Assembly: GCA_030390025.1 (NCBI GenBank)
Contig: JASTWF010000760.1
Span: 124,001 to 188,000, forward strand
DNA length: 64,000 nucleotides
Direction of reading: 5' to 3'
Source: Squalus acanthias
Lineage: Eukaryota
Positions 1 to 11,000 of this stretch are shown here, one piece after another (within the stretch, counting starts at the first letter, position 1; each line of letters opens with the position of its first letter). The notes below the pieces were generated by a model that ran no database searches, was not told the DNA's origin, and saw only the letters and a program-made list of their open reading frames with translations. The position numbers and the translations under genes are program-made.

Positions 1-417
1 GTGTAGACACGAATATCACAGGAGAATGAGATTATTGCTCTCGGTGAGCCGTCACACACCGTCAGAAATTAAACCAACACTCAGAAAAGGGAAGGTTTAG
101 AACCCTTTGAATATAATCCCAAATCTAAGCAAAGCTGCACACTTCTGTGCTGGTGTAAGGGGTTGGAAATGAAATAAACACAGCGGCAGTGAGGAGGGAA
201 ACTTGAAATTGAACAGACATTACACGGTACATTGGCCGATTAAACCTGCGCGGGTTTACTCCTGTTCATCCCTCATTATAGAGTGAATGAAATCTAAAAC
301 CATACTCCTCTATTAAGTGCTGCTGGGAGCTGCCCTGTGGGAATATTCTGTCCTAATCAGACCATCACAGGCGGGTATTCCGGCCACACACTGTTCTATT
401 TACACACGGTGTGCTGC

Positions 418-456
418 AGTTTTTGTACAGGACGAGCACAGAGCTGTGCAGCTGTG
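418..456 (-). other. 23-RSS of V1
   Basis: Heptamer CACAGCT (456-450), 23-bp spacer, nonamer ACAAAAACT (426-418). Confidence 0.9.
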
Positions 457-900
457 GGTCTCAGAGCGCAGTAATACACGGCGCCGTCTGACAGCTCCGC
501 CCCAGAAATTGTCAGTCGAACCGCGCTCTCCTCTGCGCTCAGCTCTGCTGTGAAACGGTCCTTGGCGAAGTCAGCTGGGAAGGTGCCGTATTTGGTGATA
601 AACAACATGTTCACCGGAGGCCGAGCGGGAAGTTGCCGGTACCAGAAAAGCTCAGGGTTTGTATCTGTTGTTTTAAAACTACAATTCAGCGTCACCGCTT
701 CTCCTTCCCGCACCATCCTGGTCGAATAGTCTTGGTGCACGGAATCGCCGCCAACGCTATTGGCTGGAAGAGAAAATAATCATTTACAAATATCCGCACC
801 ACTAACCGGACCTATTGGTGTGTTTTCTACTCGGATTCCACATGTACTTACACAGCACAGAGAGCGCCAACACCACACTGAAATAAACAGGGAAATACAT
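457..900 (-). CDS. TRAV: TCR alpha/delta V segment V1 (leader exon 900-852, V exon 763-457)
   Basis: Leader MYFPVYFSVVLALSVL + T|GTAAGT; acceptor ttccag|CC restores phase 1; V domain DSVHQ...LNC...WYRQ...DGAVYYCALRP followed by a 23-RSS. Confidence 0.92.
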
Positions 901-2092
901 CGCTGTCCGCGGGTCACAATATGAGCATCGACCCCTTCTCTGCTGTCGCAAAAACTGCCACCAGTACAGGACCAGGCTGAACTATTGAACCCTGTGACAG
1001 GCATAGAAAGGGAAGTGACCCTGCAACAATGTCACATCCGTTTGGGATAATTTCACGCCATCAGGGAGCGGGGAGAATTGCTCTGGTCACTGTGTGTGCA
1101 GCAACATCCGAAATATTTCAATGGAGATTCCTCTGGTCGGTATTTCCAGGGAAATCATAAACTCTTCCTTTTTGAATAACTGAATTTCACAAAAAACGTA
1201 TTTAAGGTTCATTTAGAGGGAGAACAGAGGGAATCTTCGTGGAACAATGTACCATTCCCCGCACTCAGTGAGCAGAGAAACTATCCCCCTTACTTAGTCA
1301 TTTAGGTCATTGCATGTAGCAGTGGCATTTTACATAGACAGTGTTGAGCTGCCCTTAGCGTTACCCGGGGACAATAAATGAAGTTTGATGCAGCAAATAA
1401 CGACCGAGAGACTAAGGAAATTCGCTCCACGGCGCCACCACTTGGACGGAGCCGGAAACTACATGCTGACTGCTCTCCTTGATCACTGTTACCGCCTCGT
1501 GTCTCTTTAACTCTCCTTCTGAGCTCATGTCATAGAAACATAGAGTCTTACAGCACGGAAGGTGACCTTTGCCCCATCGTGCCTGTGCTGTTAGTGCCAC
1601 TGCCCTGCTCTTTCCCCATAGCCCTGAAAATGTTTCCTTTTCAAGTATATATCAAATTCCATTTTCAAATTCCTTTTTATAGGGAAGGCAGCATCCTACA
1701 CAAGAGTTGCACCAATATATAGAGAGATAATGTGGACCTTTGGTCCGCGGAAATTGCTCGGTCCGCCTCTGTGTGTGTGTGTCTCCCTCAATCTCGATGT
1801 AAAGATGAGAGATAATTATATAGAAAACTGAATAAAAGGAAGACAGAAGGAGGATGTAAAGTTTGGTTTGTAATATTGGAAAATAATGACCGGTTGAAGC
1901 TGGTCCCGGTAACCTCGCCACAAGCAGGCTGTTTAACATCGATTCAATATACCCATTTGAGTTTGTTGTAAAGTGTTTGTGCAACAGAGCAGCAGCAGGT
2001 TATTGGTAAAGAGACGGACACAAGTTCCTCGCAGGTCTCTGTCTCTCTCTCACTGTGGAGGCTGAATTGTCGCTTCTGGTTATCGGTGTGAG

Positions 2093-2106
2093 AGCGCCCT
2101 CTGGTG
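2093..2106 (-). promoter_or_regulatory. CTCF-like motif just downstream of the V2 RSS
   Basis: CACCAGAGGGCGCT matches the CTCF core consensus. Confidence 0.55.
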
Positions 2107-2132
2107 AGCACTAACTGGAACTCTCAGTGCGG

Positions 2133-2171
2133 GGTTTTTGTACGGATCCGCTATATCTCTGCAGCAGTGTG
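2133..2171 (-). other. 23-RSS of V2
   Basis: CACACTG, 23-bp spacer, ACAAAAACC (consensus nonamer). Confidence 0.92.
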
Positions 2172-2670
2172 GGGCTCATGGCACAGAAATACACGGCGGT
2201 GTCGGAGATCAGGGCGTTGCTGATCGTTAGCTCGGTAATCGTGGTAGTTTTATTAAATGTAGAAGAGAATCGGTCTATGTCAGTGAAGTCACGGTTCCTG
2301 TTTACTATCCCTGCAATAATATAAACCACGTACTGTGGAGGCTGCCCGGGGTGCTGACTGTACCAGAACACTGCAGGGCGAAGATCGCTTGTTTTCACGG
2401 TGCAGGTTAAAGTGACATTACTTTCCTCTTCAACTGTCATTTCAGGAACCGGCTGTTCCACTGTGTCTTGGCGGCTCCATTCTAAAATGACATAATAGTA
2501 ATATTCACCATCATCATCACCTCAATTAACATAATCATCATCATCACCATCATTTCACCAATAATAACACCTGGGTTACAGCAGTCGGGGAAGAATGCAT
2601 TTTTCCTGGGAAGGAAATACTTACTGAGAAGTGATATAATGATGAGGAGCGGTGCGAGGCGGTTCCGCAT
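2172..2670 (-). CDS. TRAV: TCR alpha/delta V segment V2 (leader 2670-2625, V exon 2481-2172)
   Basis: Leader MRNRLAPLLIIISLL + A|GTAAGT; acceptor ttttag|AA; QDTVEQ...LTC...WYSQ...DTAVYFCAMSP. Confidence 0.92.
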
Positions 2671-2934
2671 GATGCTCCCTGAGTCTGTAACACTGCAGTC
2701 CGGGAAATCCTCTGTCGGAGCAGAAATACAGATCCCCGCCCCACTACACTGCTAATCCAACCAATGCTAAACAAGGAACAGAGGCAGCAATCCCTCCAAT
2801 AACACAGGGCAGGCAAGGCGGGTCAGAGCGAGAGCAGCAAACGGAAGCTGTGGGCGGGACTGCCGCGGGCAGTGAAACCGCAAGATTTGTCTCTATAATT
2901 TCCAGTTGATAACGGCAAGAAACATGTGACCACG

Positions 2935-2948
2935 GCGCCCTCTGGCGG
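2935..2948 (-). promoter_or_regulatory. CTCF-like motif upstream of the V2 promoter
   Basis: CCGCCAGAGGGCGC. Confidence 0.55.
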
Positions 2949-3458
2949 TGACCCGGGACTGTACACTGTCAGCATCATGGGCAGAGTAAAGTTTGAGTTT
3001 ATCTGCGGGGCAGTTTCCAGCGGCTTGATATTGGGAGTCGCATTTCAGACAATTCAACTGTGTAAATAGGGCGAAGGGAAATGTGAGTGAATTTAAAGGA
3101 TTTTACATTATTTCTGAACCATTTTCTTTATGGCTTTCTCTTACCTTTTAGCTTTGTGTTTCTCACTCGTTATTTCTCACTTTCTTTCATTTCTCTTTCC
3201 CTCCTTTCCAAATTTGCTGTCCTCTACACTCTCGTTATTTCACCGCTTTTTCTCTTTCTCTCTCTCGTTCTCTGCTTTCTCTTTCTTTTCCTCTGTCTCT
3301 GTTTCCAACTCTCTTCATTTCTCACTTTCTTTAAATCATTCTCTTCAATATATCATCATTGTTCTGTGCTCAGTCCCTCTGCCCTCCGATTATTATAACC
3401 GGGCCCCTCCCAATCCCGTTACTCCAAACACAGCAGAGCGGCGCTCCCCCTCGGTGCA

Positions 3459-3497
3459 GGTTTCTGTGCGGACTCTCCGCCTGTTTGTTACACTGTG
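3459..3497 (-). other. 23-RSS of V3
   Basis: CACAGTG, 23-bp spacer, ACAGAAACC. Confidence 0.92.
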
Positions 3498-3831
3498 GGC
3501 TCACGGCGCAGAGATAGGTGGCGCTGTCTGTCACTCGCGCGTCTCTCACAGTCAGGGCACTGAGTTTATTGCCTCCCCCGATTGAAGCACTGATCCTCCC
3601 GCGTTGATCGGTCCCGCTTGTGGCCATCACCAGATGCTGTAGGGTCTGACCCGGGTGCTGTCTGTACCAGTGCAGGACGGTAAACCCAGCGGTAGCGGAG
3701 CAGTTGATGGACACGATTCCCTCTTCAGGAACAACCACCCGCCGAGGGAGCTGCTCCACCTCATCTTCACCGCTCACATCCCTGCAGTTCAGAGTGTAAA
3801 TCAGCAGGGAAACTCTGTAAATCAGGAGCAT
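3498..3831 (-). CDS. TRAV: TCR alpha/delta V segment V3, possibly with an intronless leader
   Basis: EDEVEQ...INC...WYRQ...DSATYLCAVSP; in-frame ATG at 3831 gives MLLIYRVSLLIYTLNCRDVSG; no canonical phase-1 leader exon found. Confidence 0.85.
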
Positions 3832-4003
3832 TATCCGATCAGATGAAAAGGAGGCTGAAAGAGCTGAACGCAGAGGTCGGGTTAGAACCAGGACTCTAAT
3901 GTTATATTCAGGAGAATTAGCGAGCAGACAAACTCCCATTCATGTCCAACTCAGATGCTTCTTCCTGTCGAACTGACGAAACCTGCTGCGTCTCGGGCTT
4001 TAC

Positions 4004-5048
4004 TCACACCGGGCCGCCCACACTCAGTGTTTCACTGACACCAGCTCACACAGTCTCTGAACTCACACCGGGCCGCTCACACTCAGTGTTTCTCACTGAC
4101 CGCCAGCTCACACTGTCTCTGAGCCCACACCGGGCCGCCCACTCTCAGTGTCTCACTGACACCAGCTCACACTGTCTCTGAGCTCACACCGGGCCGCCCA
4201 CAGTCAGTGTTTCTCACTGACACCCAGCTCACACTGTCTCTGAGCTCACACCGGGCCGCCCACAGTCAGTGTTTCTCACTGACACCAGCTCACAGCTGTC
4301 TCTGAGCTCACACCGGGCCGCCCACACTCAGTGTCTCACTGACACCAGTTCACACTGTCTCTGAGCTCACACCGGGCCGCCCACACTCAGTGTTTCACGT
4401 GACACCAGCTCACACTGTCTCTGAGCTCACACCGGGCCGCTCACACACAGTGTTTCTCACTGACACCAGCTCACACTGTCTCTGAGCTCACACCGGCCGC
4501 TCACACTCAGTGTTTCTCACTGACACCAGCTCACACTGTCTCTGAGCTCACACCGGGCCGCTCACACTCAGTGTTTCTCACTGACACCAGCTCACACTGT
4601 CTCTGAGCTCACACCGGGCCGCTCACTCTCAGTGTTTCTCACTGACACCAGCTCACACTGTCTCTGAGCTCACATCGGGCCGCTCACACTCAGTGTTTCT
4701 CACTGACACCAGCTCACACTGTCTCTGAGCTCACACCGGGCCGCTCACTCTCAGTGTGTCTCACTGACACTAGCTCACACTGTCTCTGAGCTCACTCCGG
4801 GCCGCTCACTCTCAGTGTGTCTCACTGACACTAGCTCACACTGTCTCTGAGCTCACACCGGGCCGCTCACACTCAGTGTGTCTCACTGACACTAGCTCAC
4901 ACTGTCTCTGAGCTCACACCGGGCCGCTCACACTCAGTGTGTCTCACTGACACTAGCTCACCCTGTCTCTGAGCTCACACCGGGCCGCTCACACTCAGTG
5001 TGTCTCACTGACACTAGCTCACACTGTCTCTGAGCTCACACCGGGCCG
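4004..5048. repeat. ~61-bp minisatellite, ~17 copies
   Basis: Unit ctcacaccgggccgctcacactcagtgtttctcactgacaccagctcacactgtctctgag repeated in tandem. Confidence 0.95.
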
Positions 5049-5873
5049 CAGTACAAAGGTCCCTCCTCACGTTAACGATGAGCCTTATTTTAGACACAAT
5101 CTGACAAACTATTAAGCAGCAGTGTTGGTTCACACTGCCCTCATGTGACTGTTTTCTGATGCACATTTCAACTTTCGATGCAATGAATGTAACGTGGATT
5201 GGTCTGTCAGGACACCGCGAGGCTTATTTTGGGCCGTTTCTACGTGTCCAGTAAAATACAGAATGGAGACACTCTTCAGGAATTCATTCTCAATGAATCT
5301 TCATATATTAAAACACAAAAAGGTGATTAAGCCCATCAAGTCTTCACTTCCGTTCTCGCTCCCTGTGCTCTTTAATAATTCTCTCAGTACCCAACAGGCT
5401 TCTTTCTAAAAGAATAATTGATGGAGTCTGCGTCACTAACAGTGTCTGGCAGAGAATTCCAGCTTCTCATCTCCCTTAAATAGGAATCTTTTTGAAGAAT
5501 GAACTTCAGTCCGAAGGTTTTTCCCTCTTTCCGAGTAGTTCCGGGATGTGTCCAGGACATTGTGGGTGAGGCCGGTAACGGTCAGACAGAATCCTCACCC
5601 ATTCCCGGGGTCGGATGATCAGATGTCCGGGACAAAGCAGAACAGCTCACGGAGCCTGTGTGCCGGGGCCGCGGGCAGTGATGATGAACACAGACAGCGA
5701 CAATGATCACCGGCAGCTCATTGAAACCAGGCTCTTGGTTTGATTCAGGAAATGACGGGGACTCTGTGTGCTGACAGAAACACTTCAAATTCTCCGCTTC
5801 AGTCCGAGAGCTGCAACTGAGAGGAGGCACCGGGTGATGTGCGTGCTACCGGTGTGGGGAGACTGCGGCCATT

Positions 5874-6651
5874 ATGAAGTTCGGGCTTTTCGTTGTTTGG
5901 GGCCTAACAACGTTGTTATTTGGTTGGTTTATTTATTTATACATCTGTCTGTCTGTCCATTCCACTATTGACACAACTGTCCTGTGTTCATCGATCTCCA
6001 GGTCTGCCCACCTATCTGTCTAATTGTCTATCCACCTGTCTCTCTACTTGTCTGTCTGTTTATGTGTGTTTCTCTCACTCTCTCTCTCTCTCGCTCTCTG
6101 TCCTTTGTCTGTCTGTCGGCCTGCTTTTCTCTTTGTCCCCCTGCTGTCTGTCTGTCTCTCTGCCTCTCTGTCTGTCTTACCCTCTGTCCACCTGCCTGTC
6201 TATCTATATCCAGCCATTTATCTGATGCTTTCTCTTTCTTTCTCTTTGTCACCCTGTGTACACACAGAGAGCTAGTCAGATGTATTGCTAAAGAAAGAGA
6301 AACGGGTGACCTGTTTTCTCATTGCATCTATGGGTAACCAGGAATGTTTTCTGCAGGACTGAGTTCTGGAGACTCCGTCGATCAATCGCCAACAGAAGCA
6401 CAATATCCGGAAGGAACCTCGATGAGTATTAATTGCAATTATTCAACCTCCGAACCCAACTACTACCTGGAGCTTTATCGTCAGAACCAGAACAAGGTTC
6501 CCACTGTCATAATTCGAGTACACTCCTTTGGAAAGGATGAAGTTAATGGCCGTTTCTCTGTCATTCTGGAAAAGTCGAAAACTGTCGCTGTTTTCACAGT
6601 GACTTCGCTGCAGCTCGCTGACCGCGCCGTGTACTACTGTGCACTGAGGCC
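5874..6651 (+). CDS. TRAV: TCR alpha/delta V segment V4 (leader 5874-5922, V exon 6357-6651); conserved Trp replaced by Leu
   Basis: Leader MKFGLFVVWGLTTLLF + G|GTTGGT; acceptor ctgcag|GA; GDSVDQ...INC...ELYRQ...DRAVYYCALRP. Confidence 0.88.
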
Positions 6652-6690
6652 CACAGTGAGAAGGGCATCGGGACACTTCTTGCAGTAACC
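6652..6690 (+). other. 23-RSS of V4
   Basis: CACAGTG, 23-bp spacer, GCAGTAACC (degenerate nonamer). Confidence 0.85.
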
Positions 6691-6732
6691 GGGTTCTGTG
6701 AGATCAGCTCAAAAGAGATACTTTAAACCAGG

Positions 6733-6746
6733 CCACCAGGTGGCGG
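6733..6746 (+). promoter_or_regulatory. CTCF-like motif downstream of the V4 RSS
   Basis: CCACCAGGTGGCGG. Confidence 0.6.
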
Positions 6747-7124
6747 TGACAGAGCGCGGATTCACACCGCCGGTCACTTTACGTCAACCAATGCTGACCG
6801 ACAATTCCTCAAAATAAATTAACGTGAACATTCTTTTTATTTCATATTTCTGCTCATTAGTGTTATCCAATCCCCTACCGTTGAATAATTTCACAAGTTA
6901 GTTAATTGTAAATGAGATGTGCACCTGGTTTTAACCCACTTCACTGATGAAGATTTCAATGATTATTGAATAACATAAATTCTGCAATTCCTTTCGCGAG
7001 CCTGCTTGTCCCGAATTTTTAATAAATGTGAAAGTAACGCAGCCCTTACAGAGAGGCAGAGTTATATAATTTGCGAAGGGGACATTGTTATTGAATTCAG
7101 TTGCTCACAGGTGGATACTACGTG

Positions 7125-7373
7125 TGACAACACCGCCCGCGGCAGCCCCGCCCACAGCTTCCGTTTGCTGCTCTCCCTCTGACACGCCTTGCCTACCCTG
7201 TGTTATTGGAGAGATTGCTGCCGCTGTTCCCTGTTTGGCATTGGTTGGATCAGCAGTGCAGTGGGGCGGGAATCTGTATTTCTGCTCCGACAGAGGATTT
7301 CCCAGATTGCAGAGTTACAAACTCAGGGAGCGTCATGTGGAAACCTCTCGCAACGCTCCTCGTCATTATATCA
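7125..7373 (+). pseudogene. Orphan V promoter plus truncated leader exon (paralog of the V2 5' region)
   Basis: High similarity to 2875-2632 (minus strand); ATG at 7335 gives MWKPLATLLVIIS, then the sequence switches into a LINE. Confidence 0.8.
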
Positions 7374-7848
7374 ACAACACTCAAGAAGCTCGACACCATA
7401 CAGGACAAAGCAGCCCGCTTGATTGGCACCCAATCCACCACCTTAAACATTCACTCCCTCCACCACCGGCGTACCGTGGCTGCAGTGTGTACCATCTACA
7501 AGATGCACTGCACCAACTCGCCAAGACTTCTTCGACAGCACTTCTCAAATCCGCGACCTCTACCACATAGAAGGACAAGGGCAGCAGGCTTATGGGAATA
7601 CAATCACCTGCAAGTTCCCCTGCAAGTTAGACACCATCCTGACTTGGAAGTATATTGCCGTTCCTTCATCGTCGCTGGGTCAAAATCCTGGAACTCCCTC
7701 CCTAACAGCACTGTGGGAGTACCTTCACCACACGGACTTCAGCGGTTCAAGAAGGTGGCTCACCACCCCCTTCTCAAGGGCAATGAGGGATGTGCAATCA
7801 ATGCTGGCCTTGTCAGCAATATTCCCATCCCGGAACGAATAATAAAAA
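7374..7848 (+). mobile_element. 3' fragment of a CR1/L2-group LINE
   Basis: TLKKLDTIQDKAARLIG...IHSLHHRRTVAAVC; same family as 37885-38870. Confidence 0.8.
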
Positions 7849-8006
7849 AGATTCAATTCAGGAGTTGTATTAATTTGTGCTTTCAAATCGCATTTAAAAC
7901 AAAACTTAACACCCCTTTTGTCTTTCGACGCCTTTTCGGTGCCTGCCTGCAATATTGTGCAGCCCTTTGCGCATCTCCCCTGTCAGTTTCCCGGACCCTT
8001 TGATTT

Positions 8007-11000
8007 AAGAACATAAGAACATAAGAAATAGGTGCAGGAGTAGGCCAATTGGCCCCTCGAGCCTGCTCCGCCATTCAATAAGATCATGGCTGATCTGATC
8101 CTAACCGCCAATCTACTATCACAGAACCATCTCCTGAACCCAACAGAATTGGACACACGAAATAGGAGCAGGATCAGGCTACACGGCCCCTGGGCCCGCT
8201 ACGTTACCCACAGGGCCATGACCGATCCGAACCTAGACTCATGTCCAAATTCCTGCCCGCTCCCCGTAACCTTTAATTCCCTTTACTTCTAGGAAACTGT
8301 CTATTTCTGTTTTAAATTTATGTAATGATGTAGCTTCTACAGCTTTTTGGGGCAGCATATTCCATGGACCTACCACCCTCTGAGTGAAGTAGTTCCTTCT
8401 CATCTCAGTTTTGAAAGAGCAGCCCCTTATTCTAAGACTATGCCCCCTAGTTCTAGTTTCACCCATCATCGAGAACATACTCCCCATATCCACCCGATCC
8501 AACCCCTTCACAATCTTATATGTTTCAATAAGATCGCCTCTCATTCTTCTGAACTCCAATGAGTAGAGTCCCAATCTACCCAACCTCTCCTCATATGTCC
8601 ATCCCCTCATCCCCGGGATTAACCGAGTGAACCTTCTTTGTACTGACTCGAGAGCAAGTATGTCTTTTCTTAAATATGGACACCAAAACTGTATGCAGTA
8701 TTCCAGGTGCGGTCTCACCAATACCTTGTACAACTGAAGCAATACCTCCCTATTTTTATATTCTATCCCCCTAGCAATGAAAGCCAACATTCCATTGGCC
8801 TTCTTAATCACTTGCTGCACCTGCATACTAACCTTTTGAGTTTCGTGCACCAGGACCCCCAGATCCCTTTGTACTTCAGTACTTTCCAGTTTCTTGCCAT
8901 TAAGATAATAACTTGCTCTACTATTTTTCCTGCCAAAGTGCATAACCTCACACTTTCCTGTATTGTATTCCATCTGCCAAATCTCTGCCCACTTACTTAG
9001 CCTGTCTATGTCCCCTTGCAGATTTTGTATGTCCTCCTCACTCACTACTTTCCCTCCCATCTTAGTATCATCTGCAAACTTTGATATGATACACTCAGTC
9101 CCCTCCTCCAAATCGTTAATATAGATTGTAAAGAGTTGGGATCCCAGCACTGACCCCTGCGGAACACCACTAGTTACTTATTGCCAGTCTGAGAATGAAC
9201 CATTTATCCCAACTCTCTGCCTTCTGTTAGATAGCCAATCCTCTATCCATGCCAGAATATTACCCCCAATCCCGTGATTTTTTATCTTAAGCAATAATCT
9301 TTTGTGTGGCACCTTGTCAAATGCCTTTTGGAAGTCTAAATACACCACATCCACTGGTTCCCCTTTATCCACCCTGTATGTTACTTCCTCAAAGAACTCC
9401 AGCAAATTTGTCAAACATGACTTCCCCTTCATAAAACCATGCTGACTTTGTCCTATTAAATTATGATTATCCAAATGTCCCGTTACTGTCTCTTTAATAA
9501 TGGACTCCAAAATGTTACCTACCACAGATGTTAGGCTAACCGGTCTATAGTTTCCAGCCTTCTGTCTACTGCCCTTTTTAAATAAGGGTGTTACATTAGC
9601 AGTTTTCCAGTCTGCCGGGATCTTTGCTGAGTCCAGGGAGTTTTGGAAAATTATTACCAATGCATCCACAATCCCTACCGCCACCTCCCTCAAGACCCAT
9701 AGGATGTAAGCCATCAGGTCCAGGTGATTTATCCGCCTTGAGTCCCATTATTTTACCGAGTACCACTTCCTTAGTGATTTTGATCGTGTTTAGCTCCTCC
9801 CCCCCTATAGCCCCCTGTTTGTCCACTGTTGGGATATTCTTAGTGTCCTCTACTGTAAAGACTGATACAAAATATTCATTCAGTGCATCTGCCATCTCCA
9901 TATTTCCCACCATTAATTTCCCGGTCCCATCCTCCAAGGGACCAACGTTTACTTTAGCCACCCTTTTTCTTTTTATATAATTATAAAAACTCTTACTATC
10001 TGTTTTTATATTTTTTGCGAATTTACTTTCATAATCTATCTTACATTTCTTAATCAATCTTTTAGTTATTCTTTGCTGTCTTTTAAAGTTTTCCAAATCC
10101 TCTATCCTCCCACTAGATTTGGCTACCTTATATGCCCTTGTTTTCATTCGAATACTATCCTTAATTTCTTTACCTAGCCACGGATGACTGTCTTTTCTTT
10201 TACACCCTTTTCTTCTCAGTGGAATATATTTTTTTTGGAAGTTGTAAAATGACTCCTTAAATGTACACCACTGATCATGTATCGTCTTACCCTTTAATCT
10301 ATTTTCCCAATCCACTCTACGTAATTCTGCTCGCATACCTTCATAGTCTCCTTTATTCAAGCTTAGCACGCTTGTTTGAGATCCAACCTTCTCACCCTCT
10401 AATTGAATATGGAATTCAACCATGTTATCGTCACTCATTCCAAGGGGATCCTTTACTAGGACATTTTTAATTAATCCTGTCTCGTTACACAGGACCAGAT
10501 CTAATGTTGCTTGCCCCCTGGTCGGCTCAGTTGCATACTGCTCAAGAAACCCATCCCTAATACACTCAATGAACTCATCCTCAAGGCAGCCCTGCCCAAT
10601 TTGATTTGTCCAATTAATATCATAGTTAAAATCCCCCATAATTATAGATGTTCCCTTACTACAAGCCTCAACTATTTCCTGATTGATACTCCGTCCAACA
10701 GATTTGCAACTGTTCGGAGGCCTATAGACTACGCCCACTAGTGTTTTTTCCCCTTATTATTCCTTATCTCCACCCAAACTGTTTCATTATCCTGATCTTT
10801 TGACCTAATATCATTTCTCTGTATTACAGTGATTCCTTCCTTTATTAACATAGCCACCCCACCTCCCCTTCCTTCCTGCCTGTCCCTCCTGATCGTTAAA
10901 TAACCTGGTATGTTTAATTCCCAGGCATTGTCACCCTGCAGCCATGTTTCTGTAATGGCCACAAGATCATACCCATATGTAGTTATTTGTGCCATTAACT

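Noticed and set aside
2051-2057. Isolated CACAGTG heptamer (minus strand) as a D/J RSS
   Set aside because: No nonamer at 12- or 23-bp spacing
3087-3398. Hydrophobic F/L/S-rich ORFs (also 5920-6337)
   Set aside because: Low-complexity CT-rich intergenic or intronic DNA
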